From Minisyncoccota bacterium (GTDB taxonomy: Bacteria > Patescibacteriota > Minisyncoccia > Phycocordibacterales > UBA918), in NCBI GenBank assembly GCA_035324355.1, contig DAOLBU010000001.1, forward strand, positions 18,124-63,884: a stretch of 45,761 nucleotides of DNA, given 5' to 3'. Numbering within the stretch: position 1 is the stretch's first letter; every line of letters begins with the position of its first letter. Below the pieces are notes generated by a model. It saw only the letters and a list, made by a program, of their open reading frames with translations, was not told the DNA's origin and searched no databases. The position numbers and the translations under genes are program-made. Shown here in pieces: positions 32,859 to 41,199 of this stretch.

Positions 32859-33686
32859 CTAAGACGGCATTTTATTTTGAAGTGAAAGATTTAATTCTAA
32901 CCATTTTTCCAGGGGTACATCTTCCCCGCGTACTGTCAGAGAGATTTTTAATTCCTCAAATACAGACTCCAAGTCCTGTCGATTATAAAGTTTACTTAAA
33001 TTACTAAGTAATTGCTTACGTTTATTCCCTAGTCCAAGGTGTAGTAGGTTGAAAAAATGTTCTGTAGTGACGTTTTTAAAGTGATTTTGGTTAATATCAC
33101 TGATTAATAATATGGCGGAGTCTACCTTAGGTGGTGGTTGAAAATGTCCCCGACTTACCGTCTTTACATATTTTGGTTGACCAAAAGCCTTAACTGACAG
33201 TGAAAGTAAAGATTCTTTTTTAGAACGAGCGATTCTTTCGGCTAACTCTTTTTGAATTAAAAAGACTAAAGTTTTTGGTTGAATGGCATTTTCAAGAAGA
33301 GTACGCAGCAGAAAACCGGATAAATAATAGGGTATATTGGCGATTACTTTAAATTGCCGATCTTTTAATCCTAGAACTTTTGGGGTTAATTCCCTAGCGT
33401 CTCCATGATGTAGAGTTAGTCGTCCTGGCTTTATTTCAGCCGCAAAATCACGCTCTAACTCAATAAGTGCCCGCTTATCTGCCTCAACAGCAATGACTTT
33501 TGCTCCGGTTTTGAGTAAGGCTTTAGTCAACATGCCGGTGCCTGGGCCGATTTCCAGCACTGTATCAGAAGACCCGACCTCTCCAGCAGCTACCATCCAA
33601 CCAGGCACCACATCACTCGTCAAAAAATTTTGTCCGAGGGAACGTTTGTGAATAAATTTTGTTTTTGCTGGAGAATTTTCTTCCAT
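32859..33686 (-). CDS. rsmA: 16S rRNA (adenine1518/1519-N6)-dimethyltransferase RsmA/KsgA
   Basis: 275 aa with LGQNFL, a SAM motif VLEIGPGTGMLT, and NIPYY. Confidence 0.93.
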   Translation of the reverse strand: MEENSPAKTKFIHKRSLGQNFLTSDVVPGWMVAAGEVGSSDTVLEIGPGTGMLTKALLKTGAKVIAVEADKRALIELERDFAAEIKPGRLTLHHGDARELTPKVLGLKDRQFKVIANIPYYLSGFLLRTLLENAIQPKTLVFLIQKELAERIARSKKESLLSLSVKAFGQPKYVKTVSRGHFQPPPKVDSAILLISDINQNHFKNVTTEHFFNLLHLGLGNKRKQLLSNLSKLYNRQDLESVFEELKISLTVRGEDVPLEKWLELNLSLQNKMPS

Positions 33687-33692
33687 ACTTAC

Positions 33693-33953
33693 TTAGTCTT
33701 TGTATATCTCATGTCCGCCAATTGCTAATAAAGCTACTTCAGAACTAGAAAGATAACAGTAGATAATACGTATCTGATAATTTACAGAAAAACTATATCT
33801 ATCCTTGAGCCGACCTTTCAGCTTATGGGCGCGAAGCTGATCTTGCTTTGGATTGAGTTTAAAATGTTCAATTTTTTCTAACGTTTCCCGCTTTAAGTCA
33901 GGTTCAAGTTTTTTGAACATGCGCTTAAATTGCGGTGTGATAGCAACATCCAT
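33693..33953 (-). CDS. RelE/ParE-superfamily type II toxin
   Basis: 86 aa. FKRMFKKL...LRAHKLKGRLKDRYSFSVNYQIRIIYCY...ALLAIGGHEIY is a typical RelE/StbE-like pattern. It lies 3 nt downstream of the antitoxin. Confidence 0.75.
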   Translation of the reverse strand: MDVAITPQFKRMFKKLEPDLKRETLEKIEHFKLNPKQDQLRAHKLKGRLKDRYSFSVNYQIRIIYCYLSSSEVALLAIGGHEIYKD

Positions 33954-33956
33954 AAA

Positions 33957-34181
33957 TTATTTACTGCCGTCAGTCATTAAGATAGAAGCTAAATCGCCAC
34001 GAAGAATTTTTCCTTCGGCGACTTCTTGTTCGGCACGTAAGACAGCATTGACTGCCTCTTCTTCGCGATAAAGCTCTATGGCTTTGCGAATTACTGCCAC
34101 TCGGTTGGCACCAGTAATTTCCACTAACTCATTTAGTTCTTGTTCAGCCTTCGGATTAAGCGGTACAGATATAGTAGACAT
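33957..34181 (-). CDS. Ribbon-helix-helix-type antitoxin
   Basis: 74 aa. The N-terminal beta-strand plus helices (STISVPLNPKAEQELNELVEITGANRVAVIRKAIELY) fit an RHH/CopG-like fold. It is paired with the RelE-like gene. Confidence 0.65.
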   Translation of the reverse strand: MSTISVPLNPKAEQELNELVEITGANRVAVIRKAIELYREEEAVNAVLRAEQEVAEGKILRGDLASILMTDGSK

Positions 34182-34200
34182 ATATAATAAGGTTTAATTT

Positions 34201-34226
34201 AATGTATTAATATATAGTAATACATT
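34201..34226. promoter_or_regulatory. 9-bp inverted repeat, a candidate antitoxin operator overlapping the TA promoter
   Basis: aatgtatta-atatatag-taatacatt lies 20-45 nt upstream of the antitoxin start in an AT-rich spacer. Confidence 0.45.
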
Positions 34227-34272
34227 TTAATACTTAGAGCAATTCACCTTAGAACAAGCTGTTTTTAAAGGA

Positions 34273-34310
34273 TTAACCTAACCTTTCGGTTAACCGAAAG
34301 GTTAGGTTAA
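34273..34310. repeat. Perfect 38-nt palindrome overlapping the pcrA stop codon
   Basis: ttaacctaacctttcggtt/aaccgaaaggttaggttaa. No clean T-run follows it on the minus strand, so assignment as the pcrA terminator is tentative. Confidence 0.7.
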
Positions 34311-36280
34311 TCAAAAAAGATAGTGGTTTCGTAACCGGACGTATGACCCGAGTCGGGATTCCCCATCTCAATATGTTCACTACTAATATCATCTAAAAAT
34401 GAAGAGGGTAGATTTACCCTTTGGCTTCCGTAAATAGTGCGGATATGGGCGTAAGAGAGAAAGATTTTTTTAGCGGCTCTGGTTAAGGCTACGTAAAAAA
34501 GTCGCCTCTCCTCTTCATGGTCAATACCGGTATCGTCTAGTCTTTCGTGGGGAAACAGACCTTCTTCTAAGCCACAGATAAAGACATAAGGGAATTCTAG
34601 ACCTTTGGCAGCATGGACAGTCATGAGGCGTACCGCATCATGTTCAGTTTTATCTTTTAATTCGTCTTGGTCACTTTGGAGCGCGGCAGTTTCAATTAAA
34701 GTTTCAACGGCAGTCTCCGGAGTCAGTTCGTCATAGCGTTTACCCAATGTCACTAATTCTTGAAGATTCTCTAAGCGAGAAAGATCTTCCTCAGTACCAC
34801 TTTTTTTTAACTCCGTTTCAATCCCAGTCCGCTTGATAATAAATTTTAAAGTCTCTGACAGTGGTTTGGTACGAGCTTCGTCAGCAATATCACTCATAAT
34901 TTGGTCAAAACGAGCTACTTTTTCTAAGATGGCGCCCTTAAGTTCACTCCTCTGACCAGTCATTACTTTAAGCATTGTCACTTTCCCTATTCCTCGTGCT
35001 GGCTCATTGATTACTCGAGCTAAGTCAGCGTTACTTCCAGGGTTTAAAGCTAGGCGTAGATAAGAAAGTACGTCTTTGATTTCTTTACGTTCGTAAAACT
35101 TGGTACCGAGTAGCTGATAGGATACCTGGTAATTGAGGAAGGCTTCTTCCAATACCCGCGATTGGAAGTTAGTTCTATATAAAACAGCAATATCATTCGG
35201 GGCGTTTCCGGCTTCGATTAATTCTTTAGCTTTAAGAGCAATATATTCCGCTTCGTCTTGGCCAGTCATGGCTGTATAAAGGGTTATCTTTTCGCCTTGT
35301 TGATTTTCGGTAAAAACCTCTTTAGGAATCCGGTTTTTATTTTTTTCAATAACGGAGTTTGAGGCAGCAATTATCGTTTTGGTTGAACGGTAGTTTTCCT
35401 CAAGGAGAATAGTCTTAGCTCCCGGAAATTCTCTTTCAAATTGGAGAACATTTTTGATATCAGCCCCGCGCCATGAGTAGATATTTTGGTCGATGTCCCC
35501 CACTACACAGATATTTTGTGTCGGTAGCGCTAAAATTTTTGCCAGAGAAAATTGTACGGCATTGGTATCTTGATATTCATCAACGTGGATATATTGATAA
35601 CGTTTTTGGAGAATGTAGCTGACCTCAGGATGGTTTTTTAGTAGTTGAAGAGTACGAATCAACAAGTCATCAAAATCAAGAGCGTTCTCCGCTTTAAGAA
35701 TAGACTCATAGTGTTCCCAGACAGTTGCTGCTACTTGGTCAGGAAAAGATGAGGCGGTGAGCTTGTACTCACTGGCGGTAATAGCATCGCCCTTAGCGCG
35801 GGAAATTTTACCTAGGATTTTTTTTGGTTCAAATTCCTTAGGATTATAGCCCCCTTTCTCGACCGCAGCCTTAACCGCCCGAACACTGTCAGCTCGATCA
35901 TAGATAGTAAAGTGGCGCGGTAAGCCTAGGTAGGTATGAAATTCTCGAAGCAGTCTCACACCCAAAGCATGAAAAGTAGTAACGACCGGCAAAGAATCGA
36001 CCATCGCCCTTTCGCTCGGGGGATATTTTTTTATTAAAAGTTCGACTCGTTCACGCATTTCTTTAGCTGCTTTATTGGTGAAAGTGACCGCTAAAATGTT
36101 AGAGGGAGCAGTGCCTTGGTGGATAATATGGACAATCCGATGAGTAATGACACGGGTTTTTCCAGATCCCGCTCCGGCCAAAACCAATACTGGCCCATTT
36201 GTATGTAGCACCGCTTCTTGTTGTTTGGTGTTTAAGCCTTCAAGATAAGGATAACTGAGCATGAGATAAAGTTGAGACAA
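34307..36280 (-). CDS. pcrA: UvrD/PcrA-family ATP-dependent DNA helicase
   Basis: 657 aa with Walker A AGAGSGKTRV, a DEYQDT motif, and VHAAKGLEF plus further SF1 motifs. The probable start is ATG 36262 (the track start is TTG). Confidence 0.92.
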   Translation of the reverse strand: MSQLYLMLSYPYLEGLNTKQQEAVLHTNGPVLVLAGAGSGKTRVITHRIVHIIHQGTAPSNILAVTFTNKAAKEMRERVELLIKKYPPSERAMVDSLPVVTTFHALGVRLLREFHTYLGLPRHFTIYDRADSVRAVKAAVEKGGYNPKEFEPKKILGKISRAKGDAITASEYKLTASSFPDQVAATVWEHYESILKAENALDFDDLLIRTLQLLKNHPEVSYILQKRYQYIHVDEYQDTNAVQFSLAKILALPTQNICVVGDIDQNIYSWRGADIKNVLQFEREFPGAKTILLEENYRSTKTIIAASNSVIEKNKNRIPKEVFTENQQGEKITLYTAMTGQDEAEYIALKAKELIEAGNAPNDIAVLYRTNFQSRVLEEAFLNYQVSYQLLGTKFYERKEIKDVLSYLRLALNPGSNADLARVINEPARGIGKVTMLKVMTGQRSELKGAILEKVARFDQIMSDIADEARTKPLSETLKFIIKRTGIETELKKSGTEEDLSRLENLQELVTLGKRYDELTPETAVETLIETAALQSDQDELKDKTEHDAVRLMTVHAAKGLEFPYVFICGLEEGLFPHERLDDTGIDHEEERRLFYVALTRAAKKIFLSYAHIRTIYGSQRVNLPSSFLDDISSEHIEMGNPDSGHTSGYETTIFFD

Positions 36281-36888
36281 CTATAACACGAAGTGCTACG
36301 ACGTCAGACTTTAGCCACAGACAAGTCGGGCTGGAAGTAGTGACAAAATATGAAAGATTATCAAGGCTATGTCAATAGAGTGTTTCCTGGCTTTAAATAT
36401 AGTCGATTTTAGAAAAAAAATATTATTACAATAAATGTGCATTCGTCAATTGCGCTCATTTCTCTGTCTAGTAGAATTAACGCCGTAGCAGAAAAGTCCG
36501 TGTGTTAAAGAGGTCTACATGATCTCTTTTTCATTCAGACTTCATCCAGAATTTTTCCGTAGCGGTTGTTTGGCGGTGAGTCCGTAATAAATTTAATATA
36601 AAACCCACAGACCACGATTCTGATTTAATAAGTGACCTAACGCAGACTAATCAGAGGACAGATAACAATTCCCTAGTTTCTCAGAAACGATGGTTATTTG
36701 AAGCGGCCCTCGTTCTCTTCGTTGTTATTGTTCCACTTTCGGTACAAGCTGTTTTTTGGAATAAAGAAAGTTTAGTTATCCCTGAAGAGTCTGCCTACTG
36801 GTCAGCTATAAGTGCTTCGCCACTGGATATTAATATTTTATCAGCTGAGCAAAACCCTAATCCTCAAGGAGCGAGAGGCGGGGCTGAG

Positions 36889-37686
36889 GTGATGGTAGAA
36901 GATGGCGCTTTGGTTTCTGTCGGCCCGGTTGGAGCTAATGTGATTGCTTCCGCTAAAGGTTCTACTGGTGAAATCCGCGTTTATACTGTCCGTGCTGGCG
37001 ACACTCTTTCACATATTGCTGAAATGTACGATGTCACCGCTAATACTATATTATGGGCTAATGACTTGCCGCGCGCTACTAGTATTAAAGAAGGGCAAAC
37101 TTTAATCATCTTACCGATTGCTGGCGTACGACACGTTGTCAAAAAAGGCGATACTGTAAAGGCTATCGCTAAAACTTATGATGGCGATGTTGACGAAATC
37201 CTCAGTTACAACCAATTAGCTGATAGTGATGCTCTGGTAGTAGGTTCTACGGTGGTAATTCCAGGCGGAGCGATTCATACTGCCCCGGTTACTAAACCAG
37301 GAGCTTCTCCAACTAAAGCTTCAGGCTCAAAAATTTCAGGTGCTGGTTGGTTATCTCACCCTGCTCCGGGCAACATCAAGACTCAAGGTCTTCATGGATA
37401 TAATGCCGTGGACTTTGCTGGCTCTATTGGAACGCCAGTTCGGGCAGCTGCTAGTGGAGAGGTTATTGTCTCTAAGAGTTCAGGTTGGAATGGTGGTTAT
37501 GGTCAATATATTGTAATTAAGCACAGTAACGGGGCTCAAACTCTTTACTCCCACTTAATTCGTAACGATGTCGGAGTTGGAGCCTATGTAAGTCAAGGAG
37601 AGGTAATTGGCGGAATCGGTAATACCGGTCGTTCAACCGGACCTCACCTACACTTTGAAGTACGTGGAGCCAGTAACCCATTCTAA
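36889..37686 (+). CDS. LysM-LysM-M23 peptidoglycan endopeptidase. The annotated start is probably not the true N-terminus.
   Basis: Two LysM modules are present (YTVRAGDTLSHIAEMY..., HVVKKGDTVKAIAKTY...). M23 motifs are HGYNAVDF and GNTGRSTGPHLHFEV. The same frame is open from 36580 and encodes a TM anchor, but without ATG, GTG or TTG. Confidence 0.85.
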   Translation: MMVEDGALVSVGPVGANVIASAKGSTGEIRVYTVRAGDTLSHIAEMYDVTANTILWANDLPRATSIKEGQTLIILPIAGVRHVVKKGDTVKAIAKTYDGDVDEILSYNQLADSDALVVGSTVVIPGGAIHTAPVTKPGASPTKASGSKISGAGWLSHPAPGNIKTQGLHGYNAVDFAGSIGTPVRAAASGEVIVSKSSGWNGGYGQYIVIKHSNGAQTLYSHLIRNDVGVGAYVSQGEVIGGIGNTGRSTGPHLHFEVRGASNPF

Positions 37687-37697
37687 TGAAAACAATA

Positions 37698-37723
37698 AAA
37701 GCCTCAGAGTAACTGGGGCTTTT
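37698..37723 (+). terminator. Probable terminator after the M23 peptidase gene
   Basis: aaagcctcag-agtaa-ctggggcttt (10-bp stem with one G-U), followed by tttattat. Confidence 0.5.
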
Positions 37724-37780
37724 ATTATAATCGCTGTCTGTCTGGGACGAAGTTGGAACTATTATTGCTGAAACCGTTCT

Positions 37781-38170
37781 TCAAACTGAACAATCCCCCC
37801 CAGTGATATCATGCCAGGGCGCTTTGTCTTTAACAAAAGTGTGTCGTCCGGCTTTCTTGTCCATAAATGTATCTAAGCTCCCAAGTCTTATACGTACAAG
37901 ACCAGGGGTTTGTTCGATCTGAGAAAATAGTGGTGAACCGCAATTTGAACAAAAGAAACGATGAGTTCCTGGAGAGGAGACATATTCTTTTATATATTGA
38001 TTTGGATCTTCTGTTTTGAAGGTAGTGTTGTCAATACTTACATTTGCTGAGTGAGCAGACCCACTCGCTTTCCGACACATTCTACAGTGACAGTATCCAT
38101 AATCATTAATTTCTGCAGTGAAAGAATATGTAACAGAACCACACAAACAACTACCCTTATAAGTATTCAT
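37781..38170 (-). CDS. GFA (glutathione-dependent formaldehyde-activating)/CENP-V family zinc protein
   Basis: 129 aa. The cysteine pattern is CLCGSV...CHCRMCRKASGS...FCSNCGSPLF. Confidence 0.8.
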   Translation of the reverse strand: MNTYKGSCLCGSVTYSFTAEINDYGYCHCRMCRKASGSAHSANVSIDNTTFKTEDPNQYIKEYVSSPGTHRFFCSNCGSPLFSQIEQTPGLVRIRLGSLDTFMDKKAGRHTFVKDKAPWHDITGGDCSV

Positions 38171-38225
38171 ATCGAAATTATACCATTACTCGGTACTTAG
38201 ACGATTATAAGTTGCTAAATATAGC

Positions 38226-40709
38226 CTAGCTGTTGCTAACCGTTTGGGACGATGGTGAAACTTTACAATGACTATAAGTAGCTAGTTCATCCTCTGAAAA
38301 GTCTGAGTGTGAAAGCGAAATAGTGCTTCCTTTTTCTGCTTCGCCGCTAATTATTTTTTTAGCAATTTTTTCTTCAATAATATCTTGAATCACGCGCTGC
38401 ATTGGTCTGGCACCAAATTCAGGACTGTAACCTTTTTGCACTAAAATATCGATTAAGTCATGGGTGAGGGAAATCTCGTATCCTTGTTCTCTGACCCGAT
38501 CGTAAAGCCCTTTGAGCATCAAACTGGCAATTTGTCCTTGTTCCTCAAGCGTCAATGGTTCAAAAATAATTTTGCTATCAAAGCGATTTAATAATTCCGG
38601 TCTAAAAATTCCTTCTCTGACAATGTGATTTATTATTTCTTGATTAAGAGTACTGAGGTCCTGTCTCTGGTTAATAGTTTTAAGAATTAATTGACTACCG
38701 GCATTTGAGGTAGCAATTATGATGGTGTTACGAGCATTTACTTTATTGCCACTGCCATCTTTAAAGATTCCCTCATCAAGAATTTGCAGGAAAATATCAT
38801 GAACCGATTGAGCGCCTTTTTCAAATTCATCTAATAGCAAAACCGAGTAAGGATGTTCGCGCAGCATGTCTGATAAAATTCCTGATTCTACCCCATTGCC
38901 AATAAGCCGGGCTAAGGAATTTCCGTCACCAAATTCTGACATGTCGATGCGGTGCATTTTCTTTTCATCGCCAAAAAATACCTGAGCTAGAGCTTTGGCG
39001 GTTTCAGTTTTTCCAACGCCAGTGGGACCAAGAAATAGAAATGAACCAATTGGTTTATCAGACGACTGAATCCCTGCCCTGGCCCGACGCATGGTTCTGG
39101 CAATCGCTTCAAGCGCCGGTCTTTGTCCCACCACTCTCTCATGTAATCTTTCTTCGAGGTTAAGGAGCAGGTCGCGTTCCCCTTCGCCAATAGGTCCAAC
39201 TGGGATACCGGTCTTTTCGCTCACCACCCCATAAACATAGTCAGCGGTGATGACTGACTGCCCACTTTGCTCAGCTCTGGTGGCTACGTCAATTAAAAGT
39301 TCAATGGCTTTGTCCGGCATCACTCCTTCGACCAGGTAGCGGTCGGCAGCAGTGGCGATGGCCGAAAGTGAGCCGTAAGTAAAAAGCACTCGATATTTAT
39401 TTTCGTTGTTTAGGGCGATGTCTTGCAAAAGACGAATTGAATTACTTTGGTCAGTAGTTTCCAGAAGCACTTCAGCAAAACGTCTCGTAAAGCCGCCGAG
39501 AGGTTCTAGATTAGTATGATAAGCACCAGGAGTATCGGTAGCGATGACGTGTAGAGCAGGAGTGGCTAAGAAAGGATCAAGTAACTCAGGGATAAAAATT
39601 CCCATAGCGTTAGCCTCATTGATAAAGGTGCTAAGATTTTCGATGACGATGATGACATTACCCGCCTTAGTAGCCTCACTAAAAATATTAAGAATAGTCC
39701 GCTCTAGTTCCATCTTATTGTTATGAGTAGCAAACAAGCGGTTGGTATCTAGTAGTACTAGATGTTGTCCAACAATGGCGTTAATTGATTTGCCAGTATG
39801 CATTCGGCGATTGATCTCAAGCAGTAAATCAATTTTACCTACTCCCGCTTCCCCGATAATGAGGACATTAGAAGCTTTAGCTCGCGCTAATGCAATTTCT
39901 ACTTCAGCAATTTTTTCTTCGCTGAAGGTAGTATTGCCGGTGGTTAAGTTATAAAAAATTGCGCCAGTACGGAGACTTCTAGAATATTTTTCTAAGATAT
40001 AAGCAGTACCGTAGGACCATTCTCGTCCAATTCCCTCTGTTTTGGAAAGGTTATCTTTTCCCCACCAACGCTCCTGCTTTTTTTCAGTATGATGTGCCAC
40101 CACTACCCAGCGCAGCGCGCCCAGGAAACTTTCTTCAGTAATACCTTGTTCTTTGATGAAAGTTTTAAATGAACTGTCTTGTTGCAGAAGATATTGGCAA
40201 AGAGAAATCAGTGAAAATATCTCCCCTTGTGGTAGCGGTATCATCTGGGTAGTTATTTTAATCCGGGTAGTATGTAAGTAAGTATCGACGGCATTAAGGT
40301 TAATTCCCGATCGAAGTAAGATAACAGTTCCTAGTCTAGATAGGCAAAAGGCTTTAGTAACATCTAGCTCATCTGCTAACAGTGCTTCTGCTACTTCATA
40401 GGTGACGCCGGATTTTTTTTCTTTATCTAGGCCTAAGATTGAGTTTAGGCCATAAAAATAGTAACTATTATGATAACTATAAATAAGCACTTGCTCAATC
40501 CAAAAGGCGGTAAAAATCAACCCCATTCCAAGCAAGAGTGGTGCTTGTGTCTGTGCGATTAGAGTAGACATCAATAGGCCCGCTAATGTACAAAGAACAG
40601 CCGCCGCAAAAAATAAATGGCGTAATCGACTTAAAGTTTTTCTACTTAAAATCTTTACTAATAAAAGCGTTGGTTTGTAACGGGAAATGTCGTCGGCAAT
40701 AGTATACAT
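38226..40709 (-). CDS. Membrane-anchored Clp/Hsp100-family double-AAA+ ATPase with degenerate NBD1
   Basis: 827 aa with two N-terminal TM helices instead of a Clp_N domain. NBD1 has GEAGVGKI (canonical GEPGVGKT) and VIENLS (canonical FIDELH). NBD2 is intact (GPTGVGKTETAKALA, LLLDEFEKG). I see no long coiled-coil M-domain and no IGF/L-type ClpP loop. Confidence 0.75.
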   Translation of the reverse strand: MYTIADDISRYKPTLLLVKILSRKTLSRLRHLFFAAAVLCTLAGLLMSTLIAQTQAPLLLGMGLIFTAFWIEQVLIYSYHNSYYFYGLNSILGLDKEKKSGVTYEVAEALLADELDVTKAFCLSRLGTVILLRSGINLNAVDTYLHTTRIKITTQMIPLPQGEIFSLISLCQYLLQQDSSFKTFIKEQGITEESFLGALRWVVVAHHTEKKQERWWGKDNLSKTEGIGREWSYGTAYILEKYSRSLRTGAIFYNLTTGNTTFSEEKIAEVEIALARAKASNVLIIGEAGVGKIDLLLEINRRMHTGKSINAIVGQHLVLLDTNRLFATHNNKMELERTILNIFSEATKAGNVIIVIENLSTFINEANAMGIFIPELLDPFLATPALHVIATDTPGAYHTNLEPLGGFTRRFAEVLLETTDQSNSIRLLQDIALNNENKYRVLFTYGSLSAIATAADRYLVEGVMPDKAIELLIDVATRAEQSGQSVITADYVYGVVSEKTGIPVGPIGEGERDLLLNLEERLHERVVGQRPALEAIARTMRRARAGIQSSDKPIGSFLFLGPTGVGKTETAKALAQVFFGDEKKMHRIDMSEFGDGNSLARLIGNGVESGILSDMLREHPYSVLLLDEFEKGAQSVHDIFLQILDEGIFKDGSGNKVNARNTIIIATSNAGSQLILKTINQRQDLSTLNQEIINHIVREGIFRPELLNRFDSKIIFEPLTLEEQGQIASLMLKGLYDRVREQGYEISLTHDLIDILVQKGYSPEFGARPMQRVIQDIIEEKIAKKIISGEAEKGSTISLSHSDFSEDELATYSHCKVSPSSQTVSNS

Positions 40710-40724
40710 ATATATGTATGAAAG

Positions 40725-41114
40725 TTATGAAAAAATCAGTACTAGACCGTAGTACATACTGAGCACCAATAGGGCTGGTGCTAATAACCAAAAAATATAA
40801 GTCATTACTATACCAACCGCTAATAATATTAGCGCTAAGCAGCCCGTGATTATTATGCTGGTGCGAATAATCATCCCTAAAATCCTGGAAATCAGGTTGA
40901 TGAGGACAAAACTAGCTAAGTCCTCAAAATTAAATGTCCTTCCTCTTCCCTCTGTCATCCTTTTCCAGGGTGAAAAAAATGAACGGAGTAATTGAGATAA
41001 TGAAAAAAAATGAAAAGTAAACCAAAAGAGGTTTTTCCAAACATGAAGAATTTCACCAAAAGCATTAGTGTAGTGCCACAAAAGGTAGTGATGCAAAATC
41101 GAAACGAAGAGCAT
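40725..41114 (-). CDS. Small polytopic membrane protein, 15 nt upstream of the Clp-like ATPase
   Basis: 129 aa with an aromatic-rich N-terminal half and two or three TM helices in the C-terminal half. No family recognised. Confidence 0.5.
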   Translation of the reverse strand: MLFVSILHHYLLWHYTNAFGEILHVWKNLFWFTFHFFSLSQLLRSFFSPWKRMTEGRGRTFNFEDLASFVLINLISRILGMIIRTSIIITGCLALILLAVGIVMTYIFWLLAPALLVLSMYYGLVLIFS

Positions 41115-41199
41115 ATCACTACAGTATACCTTGACCTATCTAACAATTAGCTAAAAATAATAAACAAGCTCTTAAAATTAATATTCTACAATAAACAAT

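Noticed and set aside
36483-36586. RNase P RNA-like (gaaaagtccg) or c-di-AMP riboswitch-like leader upstream of the M23 peptidase
   Set aside because: Only a short resemblance to the GAAAGUCC core is present. None of the other conserved RNase P regions appears, and none of the ydaO-type motifs I can recall. The region is too short for RNase P RNA.
36502-36888. UGA read as a sense codon (code 4/25). This would let a GTG at 36502 open the M23 peptidase frame across the TGAs at 36520 and 36577.
   Set aside because: TGA clearly terminates other genes at the expected lengths (for example ruvC at 11902-11904). All large housekeeping ORFs are intact under the standard code.
40955-41146. 63-aa ORF overlapping the 5' part of the 129-aa membrane protein gene
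   Set aside because: It is an alternative frame of the same region on the same strand. The 129-aa frame has coherent TM helices and is better spaced relative to the Clp-like gene.
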